Positions 8,674 through 18,222 of a stretch of DNA of 25,035 nucleotides are shown one piece after another. Source of the DNA: a virus (Duplodnaviria > Caudoviricetes); IMG/VR virus record IMGVR_UViG_3300025655_000269, positions 1-25,035 of that record. One strand, given 5' to 3'. The translations under genes and the position numbers were made by a program. The notes beneath the pieces were generated by a model. That model was not told the origin of the DNA and did no database searches. It saw nothing but the letters and a program-made list of their open reading frames with translations. Within the stretch, counting starts at the first letter, position 1. Every line of letters starts with the position of its first letter.

Positions 8674-9275
8674 TGTATGGTCTATATAGAAACGGTTCTG
8701 TAATAGCACAATTTGCAGCACCACTTACAGTAACAAGTAACGAACCTGTTTTCATTGGAGATGCACAAAGCTTGAAAAGAGCTGTTTTTAAAAGACCTGC
8801 ACAAAGGTGGGAGATTACTACAAATCTCTCACCCCTCTCTACTACAGCAGATGAATTGTTTTCATGGATGGTAATGAGAGGTCATCACAGTATTGTGCAA
8901 GTTATTATGCCACAAAACACAGGAGTAGTTGCTAAACGTTCTTACACTTCAACTCCGTTTGATTTAAAAGGTTCAGCAGGTGTTACAGATTCTTCAATAA
9001 CATTACTATTTAATAATCTTACAATACCACAAGGTACTTTTATAAGAACCGAGAGTCATACTAAAATATATATGGTTACCGAAACACTTTACCCTAATGA
9101 GCTGAGTTTAAAAATTTTTCCAAATATTCGTAAAGACTTTACAAACTCTGGTTTACAGATTGCTGATGACGTTATTGGAAATTTCTACTTTGATACAGAT
9201 ACGGTAATAGGTATGAGCTATACTGATGGTATATTAATGGATAATGGTACAATAAAACTAATAGAGGCTTTATGA
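8673..9275 (+). CDS. putative distal tail (Dit-like) protein
   Basis: 200 aa, translationally coupled directly after the tape measure gene. 'SLKR....PAQRWEI' N-terminus and 'IKLIEAL' end resemble siphophage Dit/gpM-like proteins. Confidence 0.6.
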   Translation: MYGLYRNGSVIAQFAAPLTVTSNEPVFIGDAQSLKRAVFKRPAQRWEITTNLSPLSTTADELFSWMVMRGHHSIVQVIMPQNTGVVAKRSYTSTPFDLKGSAGVTDSSITLLFNNLTIPQGTFIRTESHTKIYMVTETLYPNELSLKIFPNIRKDFTNSGLQIADDVIGNFYFDTDTVIGMSYTDGILMDNGTIKLIEAL

Positions 9276-9889
9276 TAGAATTTAATGATGTTTTAAAAAC
9301 ATTACTAGAAGAACCTGCAATCGAATCTTTTTTATTATTTCGGATTTATGATAAAAACGAAAGCATTTTGTATACGTCAACAACGTTTTACAGTGATTTA
9401 CAAATGACTGATTCTGGTTTATTAACAGACAAGCACAGCTATTCTTCTGATGGTAAAATACTAGCAATAGACCCTCCCGGATTAGATGGCAAGGTTGATA
9501 GAGAATTGTATAAAATAGTGCTTTCAGATCCTGACCGCGCTTTGATAAATTATGCAAAATCACACCACTTGATTGGTTTTACTATGGAGATTAGGTTTGG
9601 ATTTGTAGATAACTCTGGTAAACCACTAAAAGAACTCTCAAACACTCTTATAGTTTATAGAGGATTGATTGAAGGTGTTTCAGCCCTAATAGATGCTAAT
9701 GAGTTTGGTGAGGTTAAAGTAGAAGTTAAAGGTTCAAGTCCTGTAGCAAACCTTGACTTTAAGAACTGTGTTTATATGAATAAAGAAGAAAGAGCAAGAA
9801 CACACCCCCACGATACGTGCTGTGAAGAAATATTTGCAAGTTCTGAATCTATTACAATAAGATGGGGTCGAGGTGTAAATGATGCATAG
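9272..9889 (+). CDS. putative tail tip / baseplate hub subunit (gpL-like position)
   Basis: 205 aa with ATGA overlap. 'IVYRGLIEG', 'HPHDTCCE' and 'IRWGR' ending are typical of this slot. Confidence 0.55.
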   Translation: MIEFNDVLKTLLEEPAIESFLLFRIYDKNESILYTSTTFYSDLQMTDSGLLTDKHSYSSDGKILAIDPPGLDGKVDRELYKIVLSDPDRALINYAKSHHLIGFTMEIRFGFVDNSGKPLKELSNTLIVYRGLIEGVSALIDANEFGEVKVEVKGSSPVANLDFKNCVYMNKEERARTHPHDTCCEEIFASSESITIRWGRGVNDA

Positions 9890-9897
9890 GAGAATTT

Positions 9898-12800
9898 ATG
9901 TCTGTTGAACTAATAATTTATCCAATAATAGCTATTGCAGTCGTTGCTGTGCAAGTTTTAACAAAACCAAAAGCACCAAAACCGCCTGATTCAAAAATAA
10001 GAGGAGGTTTTGAAACTGTAACAGAAAATACTGCACACCCTCTACCTGTTGTTTATGGTAGAGCTAAAGTAGGTGGAAATCGTTTGTTCCATTCAACGTT
10101 TTCATTTTTCCATTATGTAGAGCCGTCAGCAGACACATGGTTTGTTGTTGGTTCAAACAGTCAAGCTGCTGGCTCTTATACGATATCTACCTATGATATT
10201 GACGGTTCAATCATAGAAGTCACAAGAAATTATGATGATGCTCCTGCTGAACAACTTACTAAAGACCAATCAGGCACAAAAAATGAATTTCTCTTATTTC
10301 AACAAACCTTTTGTGTTGGTCCTATAAATGCTGTAAGAGATGTCTGTTTTGATAATACAAGATATTTAGATGATCCTAGTTTATATGACTGGGGTGTCAA
10401 AGATACAGGTGAGTTGTTAAAAAAGATATCATCTGGTTTGAGAGTAGATTACCATTTAAATGGTGGTGTAGATTCTATTGCAGCAGCAAATGCGCCTCAG
10501 AGGGCAACAGCTTCTTTTGATGATATTGCTTATTTAACAGCTTGTGTTAGGTTGAATGAAAAGAATGTTCAGTTTAATGGTATGCCCGATGTTACTAGTT
10601 TTATTGAAGGTCGAAAAATAAGACCTATTACTTTTAACGGTTCTGATTATAGTGTAGCTGATACTAGGATTTATTCTGTAAATCCTGCTTTATGTTTGTT
10701 AGACTATCTTTTAGATAAAGATTCTGGCAGAGGAGTCCGTCTTGGTGAAATAGATTTAAAAAGTTTTTACGAAGCATCACTAATATGTGGTAAAGTTGTA
10801 ATGGAGAATGCTGCTGTTTCTGGTAAAATCTGGAGACCTACTTCTCAAGAAATGCCACAGTACTGGACAAGACCTGTATATTTGTTTGAATGTAATATTA
10901 TCATTGATACAGATAAACCTGTAAGAGAAAATATTGAATCTATTTTAGGTACAATGGCTGATGCTAGACTTGTTTGGTCAGCTGGTACTTATAAACTAAA
11001 AATTGTCTATCCTAATGATGATGGTTCTTTGCCTGAATGTCCTACAATAACCGATGACGACTTATCTTTAGGCCAAGAGTTTGAAATAAAGTTTCCTTCT
11101 GCATCTGATAAATATAACAGAGCTGTTGTTAAGTTTCACAACGAGTTTGAAAACTTTAAAGAAGATTTAGTTTCTTGGCCACCAAGAACTAACGACAGTG
11201 GTCTAAAAGGACTAGGTGGTATAAAACTACCACTGGCAAAAGGCGGTCTTGATGAAGAAGGTAAAAGATGGCAAAGAAATCAGTTCTTAAATCAGTATGG
11301 TATTTTTGACAGTGCTTCTACTTCAATGGCTTCTTCTGGTTATTTTATTGTTGAAAAAGAAAGAGCCGGTACTTATGAAGTTATTTTTGGTGTTTTAAAT
11401 ACTGGTCATTTTACAATTTATGAATCTTCTATAGATGACAACAATGTAATCACAGATACTGAGATCATGAAGTTGTCTATTATAACGGAAGATCAAGCAA
11501 AAAGTTTAACGACAGGTTCAATATATTTAGGAGACCCTAATAACGACAAGGCTTACAGAGTTTTGATGGAAGCTACTGGTCAACAAGATACTAAGTCTTT
11601 TGGAGCTAGAATTCACAATGACAGTTATACTATCTGGACAACTAGGTTTAACATTTATGATAGATATGTATCTTTTGATTACAACACTGAACTTTATGAT
11701 CTGTTTTTAGAAGAAGATAATGATGTAAAGCTAGAATATGAAACGTTTGAAGAAGGTATGACAGATCCTTATCATGCATTAGCAAGAGCTGAAGAGATTG
11801 TAAGAACAAGTAGAGGTTCTTTTGTTGTTAAGTTCTCTTATATATTAAAAAGTGTTTATTTAGAACCAGGTGATCTTTTTCTTCTTGACAGTAAAACTCT
11901 CTTTCCTTTTGTGGAAGAACCTATTCATTTTAAAGTAGATTCTTCTAGAGTGAAAGAAGGAACAACTTGTGAAATAACTGCTACAAGATTTCACCCTAGT
12001 ATGGTTGCTTGGTCTGATAAATATGACTTTGAAGGCTCTATTCCGCCAATATATGATAGTATTGTACCTGCACCAGAATGGGTAGTTTATTTACCGTCTA
12101 CAAATGTTAACAACTCCTCAGGTACATTAGAGTGGGCTACTGTTAGTATTTCTGATTTATCACACTATAATGTATATTATTCATTAGCTTCTACTCCACC
12201 AGCTGAAGATGGTAGACCCGTGTTTTCACTTTTAGGTACAACAATTAACGTAAAATATGTGTTGCCTAAGCTTGAAGCTCCTAGTGCTTTTTTCGGTGTT
12301 CAAACCGTAACAACTTCTGGTAGAACATCTGATGTTACTTTTGTTGATCCTTTTAAAGCAACAACAATTCAGATATATTCATATAGGTTTTTAGGTCTAA
12401 CTATCGCAGCGAACCCTACAAATCATATAATTTCATGGTCTAATTTTCAGTTAAGTGTAAACGATGGTCCTTATTTTTCAGTTGCAAATGGATCGACAGA
12501 CCCTTGGACAGGTGATGTTTTATATGTCTATTTATTATATGCAAGACTGTCTTCTGGTGTCGAATATGCTGAAGTTTTCTGGACTACTGATTTTTATGTA
12601 GCTAGTTCAGGCCGTCTTTTAGCTGAGTATGATGGTGTAAACCTTATCATATATACTTCTGAACTAAAACCGCCTGTAAATCTCAGAATAGGTGGTACAG
12701 ATGGTACTGTTTTTGAAAACAAAGATGCTAATATTGTTTGGGATAACAACCCTGAAAATTCTGCTATATTAAATACAATTTTCAAATATGGGATTCAAAT

Positions 12801-15639
12801 CTTAGATTTAGATTATAATGTTGTTTATGAGACTACAGTAGAAAAGAACGAAACTTATGGTGGTAGTTATTCTTTTACTTTAGAGAAAAACATAACACAT
12901 TTTGGGATTCCTACAAGGAAGTTTGTTGTTAGGGTTGCTGTTTTTGACACTTCAGGTTTTACATCAGAAGCTGTTCAAGCTACTTTTGAAAATACTGAAC
13001 CTGTTATAACAAGTTTAAATGTTTTGCCTAGCTTCAACTCTGTAACAACTCGCTGTTCTATTGTTGATCATCCAGACTTAGTAGCCTATGTATTTAAACA
13101 ATATGAGAGCGATTCTTCGGAAACGCCTCTTGTTGTTATAGAATCTGATGCTAATTATGCTGTATTCCCCGTAGAAGATACTTTAGAAAGGTATTATACA
13201 GTTGCAGCAAAAGACCCTTATGGTGAAGGTCCAGAATTTGCAGGTTTATTATCAGCTGCGTTAAAGAAAGACCCTGATCTATATACTTATGTAGGTTTAA
13301 CTTTTTACCCTAATACACCAAATACAAACCAAGTCTCTTGGGATTCTTTTGATGTTTTAGTTAATGGTGATTTCTTAGAAACTGTAAGTGCTGGTGTTGC
13401 TTTGTTTGAGAATGAAAGGCTTTTCATTTTCTATATACCAAATAGTGGTATATTAGAAGCGAACCCTTCTATGGTATATGTAATTTCTGCTGGTGGAAGA
13501 ATATTAGCTACTTACAATGGTGGTTCTGATTTATCACACGATGAAGGTAAAGCTTTTATTTCTGGTGATCAGTTGCTTGCTGGTACTGTTGGAGCAAACG
13601 CTTTAGTTACAAATACAGCAATTATTACTAATGCTGCTCAAATAGGTAATGTATTAGAGTCAGATAACTTTGTAGCAGATGGTACTAATTTTGCAGGTTG
13701 GAGAATTGATAAACAAGGTTTTGCTCAGTTTCAAGATATCTTAATAAGAGCTGCTGATGGTACTCCTTTGTTTGCATCTGGTACTGGTTTTGATTGGTAT
13801 AAAATGTTTGGTTTAGGATTACCTGCCCCTAATGCTACTAATTCTAGGGTTTTTGTAGATGAAAATCCACCACAAAACGATGGGACGTTTACTGAAAATT
13901 ATATTTGGTATGACTCTGCTAACAACAACCATCCTTATACTTGGAACGGTACAAGCTGGGTTAGTGTAAAAGATGCTGATATTGCTTTCTTAGAAGGTGT
14001 TGTAGATGGTAAAACTTATTCTTTTTATCAACCAACTATACCAGAGAACGCCTCTTTAGGAGATCTTTGGTTTGATACTGCAAATGGTAACAAAGTTTAC
14101 TTTTTTGATGGTGAAACTTGGTCTGATGCGAGTGACTCTGAAATTGTCACTGCTCTTAACGCAGCAATAGAAGCCCAAGACACTGCTGACGGTAAAGTTG
14201 TTACGTATAGTGCATCTGTTTATCCGACTTCTTGTGAAGGTATTGGTGATTTGTTTTTTCACACAGAAGAGCAAATTTTATACAGGACAACAACAGCACC
14301 AACCCCAACTTGGTTAGCTGTAGGTAATCATTATACAAATACTAGTCAACTCTTTGATGATGCTGAATTAGGTTCAACAGCTCTTTGGAATTCAATAACC
14401 GGTGCTAACAAACCACAAGATAATGCTACAAAATCTAATGTTTATAGACAAGATAACGCCCCTTCTAGTTCGTTAGGCTTGACAACATCTGATCTATGGG
14501 TCGATACTAACGATCGTAATCATCTTTACAGTTGGAACGGTAGTTCTTGGGTAAGTTGTAAAGATACTAATATTGCTATTTTAGAAGGAGCTGTAGACGG
14601 TTTAACTACGACTTATTATCAACCAAATACACCATCAGGAGCTTCGTTAGGCGATATCTGGATTGATACTGATGCTGGTTATAAAATGTATGTTTACAAC
14701 AATGGTTGGCAATCTGCACAAGACTCTAGTATTAGTGATGCTCTCTTAATTGCAGCAGGTGCGCAGGCAACAGCCGATAGTAAGATTAGGACATATTCTC
14801 AAAGCACAGCCCCTTCTACTGTAGAAGGTGTTGGTGATCTTTGGTTTAACACGAGCAATCTAAAGTTTTACCGTTCATCAACTGCACCAACAGCTTCTTG
14901 GTCAGAAGTGGCTAATAATTTTACAAACACCAATCAGCTGATTGACGGTGCTAGTTTAGGTCTCAAAGCTCTTTGGTCAAATGTTGCAGATAACAATGGA
15001 TTAAGGCCTGAAGATGGAGCAGATGTTACAGCAAATCATCCACAGTCACCTGATTGGTTAACGAGCTTAGTTATCTGGTCAGGAAACAAACTTAGCAAAA
15101 CAGTAGGAGCAGATGGCTTTATAGGGAATTTTATGAATTCCTTAGCTGTTGATACTTCTTATATCAACAACTTAGCTGTTACTAATGGTAAAATTGCTGA
15201 TTTATCTGTTGATACTTTAAAAATAGCAAATCAGGCTGTTACTGTACCCAATGGTGCATTCACTAGTTCGGTGACAGCGATACCAAATACTAATGTTTGG
15301 ACAGAAGTGGCAAGGTTAACATTAACTACTAGTAGTGCAGGAATACCTTATTTTGTTACTTTTGGTTTTAACCATGCTATCCAATATGGAGCAACTGATA
15401 GTTCCATGTCTGTAAAGGTTACTTATTCTAGCTTTGGAGGTTCAGGAACTCTGTATAATGAGTCATATTGGGCGTACGGTAATAGTTCAATGTATGATGC
15501 TGGCTCAAATGCAGGATCAGTTTATACAGCTACCGACCCAAACCTAGCAGTGACTGTGTATTTATATGTTAAACAATCCGGTATGCCGTTGTGTAACGTG
15601 GCCAATCGTTATATACAAGTAATAGGACTTAAAAAGTGA
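9898..15639 (+). CDS. tail hub / central tail fibre (gpJ-like host specificity protein), 1913 aa
   Basis: PLPVVYGRAKVGG, GRKIR, NPALCLLDYL..GRG and LEPGD hub motifs, FN3-like segments, GWRIDKQG, GD(L/I)W.D repeats and 'VTNGKIADLSVDTLKIANQAVTVP' before the tip. AGGAGA RBS. Confidence 0.9.
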   Translation: MSVELIIYPIIAIAVVAVQVLTKPKAPKPPDSKIRGGFETVTENTAHPLPVVYGRAKVGGNRLFHSTFSFFHYVEPSADTWFVVGSNSQAAGSYTISTYDIDGSIIEVTRNYDDAPAEQLTKDQSGTKNEFLLFQQTFCVGPINAVRDVCFDNTRYLDDPSLYDWGVKDTGELLKKISSGLRVDYHLNGGVDSIAAANAPQRATASFDDIAYLTACVRLNEKNVQFNGMPDVTSFIEGRKIRPITFNGSDYSVADTRIYSVNPALCLLDYLLDKDSGRGVRLGEIDLKSFYEASLICGKVVMENAAVSGKIWRPTSQEMPQYWTRPVYLFECNIIIDTDKPVRENIESILGTMADARLVWSAGTYKLKIVYPNDDGSLPECPTITDDDLSLGQEFEIKFPSASDKYNRAVVKFHNEFENFKEDLVSWPPRTNDSGLKGLGGIKLPLAKGGLDEEGKRWQRNQFLNQYGIFDSASTSMASSGYFIVEKERAGTYEVIFGVLNTGHFTIYESSIDDNNVITDTEIMKLSIITEDQAKSLTTGSIYLGDPNNDKAYRVLMEATGQQDTKSFGARIHNDSYTIWTTRFNIYDRYVSFDYNTELYDLFLEEDNDVKLEYETFEEGMTDPYHALARAEEIVRTSRGSFVVKFSYILKSVYLEPGDLFLLDSKTLFPFVEEPIHFKVDSSRVKEGTTCEITATRFHPSMVAWSDKYDFEGSIPPIYDSIVPAPEWVVYLPSTNVNNSSGTLEWATVSISDLSHYNVYYSLASTPPAEDGRPVFSLLGTTINVKYVLPKLEAPSAFFGVQTVTTSGRTSDVTFVDPFKATTIQIYSYRFLGLTIAANPTNHIISWSNFQLSVNDGPYFSVANGSTDPWTGDVLYVYLLYARLSSGVEYAEVFWTTDFYVASSGRLLAEYDGVNLIIYTSELKPPVNLRIGGTDGTVFENKDANIVWDNNPENSAILNTIFKYGIQILDLDYNVVYETTVEKNETYGGSYSFTLEKNITHFGIPTRKFVVRVAVFDTSGFTSEAVQATFENTEPVITSLNVLPSFNSVTTRCSIVDHPDLVAYVFKQYESDSSETPLVVIESDANYAVFPVEDTLERYYTVAAKDPYGEGPEFAGLLSAALKKDPDLYTYVGLTFYPNTPNTNQVSWDSFDVLVNGDFLETVSAGVALFENERLFIFYIPNSGILEANPSMVYVISAGGRILATYNGGSDLSHDEGKAFISGDQLLAGTVGANALVTNTAIITNAAQIGNVLESDNFVADGTNFAGWRIDKQGFAQFQDILIRAADGTPLFASGTGFDWYKMFGLGLPAPNATNSRVFVDENPPQNDGTFTENYIWYDSANNNHPYTWNGTSWVSVKDADIAFLEGVVDGKTYSFYQPTIPENASLGDLWFDTANGNKVYFFDGETWSDASDSEIVTALNAAIEAQDTADGKVVTYSASVYPTSCEGIGDLFFHTEEQILYRTTTAPTPTWLAVGNHYTNTSQLFDDAELGSTALWNSITGANKPQDNATKSNVYRQDNAPSSSLGLTTSDLWVDTNDRNHLYSWNGSSWVSCKDTNIAILEGAVDGLTTTYYQPNTPSGASLGDIWIDTDAGYKMYVYNNGWQSAQDSSISDALLIAAGAQATADSKIRTYSQSTAPSTVEGVGDLWFNTSNLKFYRSSTAPTASWSEVANNFTNTNQLIDGASLGLKALWSNVADNNGLRPEDGADVTANHPQSPDWLTSLVIWSGNKLSKTVGADGFIGNFMNSLAVDTSYINNLAVTNGKIADLSVDTLKIANQAVTVPNGAFTSSVTAIPNTNVWTEVARLTLTTSSAGIPYFVTFGFNHAIQYGATDSSMSVKVTYSSFGGSGTLYNESYWAYGNSSMYDAGSNAGSVYTATDPNLAVTVYLYVKQSGMPLCNVANRYIQVIGLKK
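13822..15006 (+). repeat. tandem ~197-aa duplication in central fibre (13822-14412 and 14413-15006)
   Basis: Paired segments include WNGTSWVSVKD/WNGSSWVSCKD, ASLGDLWFDT/ASLGDIWIDT, AQDTADGK/AQATADSK and TNTSQLFD/TNTNQLID. Confidence 0.9.
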
Positions 15640-16016
15640 AATATGCAATTTATAACAAAGACACTGGCGTCATTGAAAGTATATATACAGGTACATCACC
15701 TGGTTTGCAAGGTGATTTTATTGAGTTAGGAAACAGTTCAACAGTAACTGATGATAAATTTTATGTAAAAGAAGGTGTTATTCTTGCAAAACCTGAAATG
15801 CAACTTTCTATTGATAAGTACACCTTATCAGCTGATACTGTTGATTTTATTACCGTTTCAAATGTTCCTGATAATTGTCTAATAACAACCAATAATACAG
15901 AACAATATACTGTTTCAGATGTTCTAGAGTTTTCAACAGATGTTATAGGACAGTTTAAATTAAGATTTGAGTGTTTTCCTTTCATAGGAGAAGAGGTTGT
16001 GTTTGATGCGTATTAA
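15636..16016 (+). CDS. putative fibre-associated / assembly protein
   Basis: GTGA overlap with the fibre stop. 'MKYAIYNKDTGVI' N-terminus is common in small genes that follow tail fibres. Confidence 0.6.
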   Translation: MKYAIYNKDTGVIESIYTGTSPGLQGDFIELGNSSTVTDDKFYVKEGVILAKPEMQLSIDKYTLSADTVDFITVSNVPDNCLITTNNTEQYTVSDVLEFSTDVIGQFKLRFECFPFIGEEVVFDAY

Positions 16017-16272
16017 TTTTTCCGATAAAACATTAGATGAAACAAAACAACAATACTATGAGAAAGTTAATGATAAAACATCAAAAGAGATATTAAAAAT
16101 AGCTCCAATAACAAAACAAATAAACATGCTAGCTGCTGGTAAAAAACTACCGAACAGAATAAAAGAATTAGTTGACTACTCTAATGTAATCAACGAATCT
16201 ATCTTATCAGCAGATTCTGTTAAAACAATTTACGATATATTTAAAGATTTTGAAAATACTATTGAAACATGA
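16006..16272 (+). CDS. hypothetical protein, possibly fibre chaperone (start probably ATG 16006 rather than 15997)
   Basis: AGGAGAAGAGG lies just upstream of ATG 16006. Contains 'APITKQINM'. Confidence 0.6.
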   Translation: MRINFSDKTLDETKQQYYEKVNDKTSKEILKIAPITKQINMLAAGKKLPNRIKELVDYSNVINESILSADSVKTIYDIFKDFENTIET

Positions 16273-16708
16273 CAGAAGTAGTTCAGTAATCTCTGAGTGT
16301 ACTAAATTTAGTTTAGATTTTTACAACCAACATGTACCACCTGGTTTTGAATGTTCTTATGATTACTGTTTCAAAGAACTTCATAAAAATTCTTCTCAAT
16401 TTTTCAGAACAATGCATAAAGAAGATGGTGAGCTTATTGGTTGGTTTTTGGCTGCAGAAGGTTGTTTATTTCCTTTTAGTCAAACAAAAGTATTAAATCT
16501 TAGGATTTATTATACAAGTTTGACAGGATATTCTGCAGTCAAAGCTTTAATATTTGTTCACAAACAACTAGAGATTTACGCTAAAACACATAATTTAAAA
16601 TTTGTATCTACTAGTAGCTTTTTAAATACAAAAGAAGTATTTATTAGAATATTAGAAGACAGCTTAGACTACAAAAATTATGGTGGAATTTTAATAAAAG
16701 AGGTTTAA
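16250..16708 (+). CDS. GNAT-fold (acetyltransferase-like) protein
   Basis: 152 aa. The pattern 'EDGELIGWFLA..', beta strand, 'ALIFVHKQLEIYAKTHNLKFV', 'RILE..LDYK' follows the GNAT layout. TTG start is uncertain. Confidence 0.55.
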   Translation: MKILLKHDRSSSVISECTKFSLDFYNQHVPPGFECSYDYCFKELHKNSSQFFRTMHKEDGELIGWFLAAEGCLFPFSQTKVLNLRIYYTSLTGYSAVKALIFVHKQLEIYAKTHNLKFVSTSSFLNTKEVFIRILEDSLDYKNYGGILIKEV

Positions 16709-16710
16709 TA

Positions 16711-17310
16711 ATGGCAAGATCAAAGATTTTAGATATTACAAATGATCTTCAAGACGATAGTGGTTCTGTTCTTTGGTCTTTCATTCAAGGAGAGCAGAAC
16801 GAGTTCCCAATAACTTTAAACTTTTTAGCAACAGCTTTTGGAGGATACACATACGAAGCGGTTGTTGTAGAGGGTTATAACATCTACGGCATAGATAGCA
16901 TGCCAACAGATGTTATGCCAAATGGTGTAGAGGTTTCTTTAATAGTCAGAGTACCTGTTTATAAAGGAGATTGGTCAAGTATAACTGAATATTCTAGAGA
17001 AGATGTTGTATTATATAATAATGTCTATTATAAGCTCTTTAGCGGTGTAGATAGAGTTTCAGCAATAACACCTGATGTAGACCCTTTATGGGAAGAACAT
17101 CAACCAAATGTTGTGTATGTTCAATTTCCTAAAGAATTGTCTACAGGACCGGTATGGTCTGTTCAACCTACACCCGTCTCACCGGTAAGAGGTTTTTTTG
17201 AGCTTAGAGTAACAGAACCTGATGGTGGTGTTTATACTCGGACTTGGAAGCCTCTAAGAGGTGTTGTAGAAATAAGATTTAGCCCTACAGCATTAGTACC
17301 TGATGTCTAG
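16711..17310 (+). CDS. virion structural protein with embedded CBM5/12-like module
   Basis: GAGG RBS. BppU-like ends ('FFELRVTEP..RTWKPLRGVVEIRFSPT') flank 'YKGDWSSITEYSREDVVLYNNVYY..PDVDPLW'. Confidence 0.6.
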   Translation: MARSKILDITNDLQDDSGSVLWSFIQGEQNEFPITLNFLATAFGGYTYEAVVVEGYNIYGIDSMPTDVMPNGVEVSLIVRVPVYKGDWSSITEYSREDVVLYNNVYYKLFSGVDRVSAITPDVDPLWEEHQPNVVYVQFPKELSTGPVWSVQPTPVSPVRGFFELRVTEPDGGVYTRTWKPLRGVVEIRFSPTALVPDV

Positions 17311-18208
17311 TATAAAGAAAACAATAACCATAACAGCTAACCCTATTATTGTTCAAGAACCAACAACAACACCGGTAACGGTAGATGTTACTGGTAAAGA
17401 ATATGATATAATTGTTACAGGTTATGGGCGATTAAGCGATACCCGTATCGGCGGCTCTTTTGACAATATAATATACAAAAATATATTGGATTACATTTTA
17501 CCTGTTGAGTTTTTTGATTCAGTTTCAGGTAGAGAATATTCAGATAGTGCTGCTGTAAATGAGCAATTTTTGGTGTTGTTTGGAAAAGAATTTCAAGACT
17601 TTTTACCGATATCTGAAATTCTTTCATTTAATATACAAAAGCCTTTAGAAGAAACACTAATACTATCTGAAAATATTAGCTTAACTGTTGATATATCAAA
17701 AACAGAAACATTATTGACATCAGAAAAGTTAACTTTCTTCAGCAATCCTGTTATAGACGAACAAGTTATAAGTCAAGAGGTATTATTTTTAAACACGACT
17801 AAAACTTTAGAAGATTCGTTTTCTTTAGAAGAGAGTGTTGAGTTTCTTTCGAACTTCTACAGAAACTTTAGTGAAAATGTTTCTGCTGCAGACTTACTCT
17901 CATATTCTTTGACGAAGAATATATTTGAAAATGTCTTATTAGTGGAAGATATTGATCTTCAGAAGTTTATTGAAACTGCCGATGATTTAGTAGATAATAC
18001 ATCAGTATCAGAAGATCTACACTTTGCTTTTGAAACTTCTTTGGAAGATTCTTTATCAATAGCAAACGATATTATTTATTTTGATGTTGAGTCTTATAAA
18101 GATGAGACTTTCGGTGTTTCAGAGAATCTTTTAGTTGAAACACACGACTACTCACTAGAAGACTATTTTGAAACAAAATTTGATTACGTTAATTCACAAA
18201 TTATTTAA
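17303..18208 (+). CDS. acidic protein with ~18-aa repeats, putative virion structural protein
   Basis: About 11 units such as EFQDFLPISEILSFNIQK and PLEETLILSENISLTVDI. Confidence 0.7.
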   Translation: MSSIKKTITITANPIIVQEPTTTPVTVDVTGKEYDIIVTGYGRLSDTRIGGSFDNIIYKNILDYILPVEFFDSVSGREYSDSAAVNEQFLVLFGKEFQDFLPISEILSFNIQKPLEETLILSENISLTVDISKTETLLTSEKLTFFSNPVIDEQVISQEVLFLNTTKTLEDSFSLEESVEFLSNFYRNFSENVSAADLLSYSLTKNIFENVLLVEDIDLQKFIETADDLVDNTSVSEDLHFAFETSLEDSLSIANDIIYFDVESYKDETFGVSENLLVETHDYSLEDYFETKFDYVNSQII

Positions 18209-18222
18209 TTTAAGAGGTTTAT

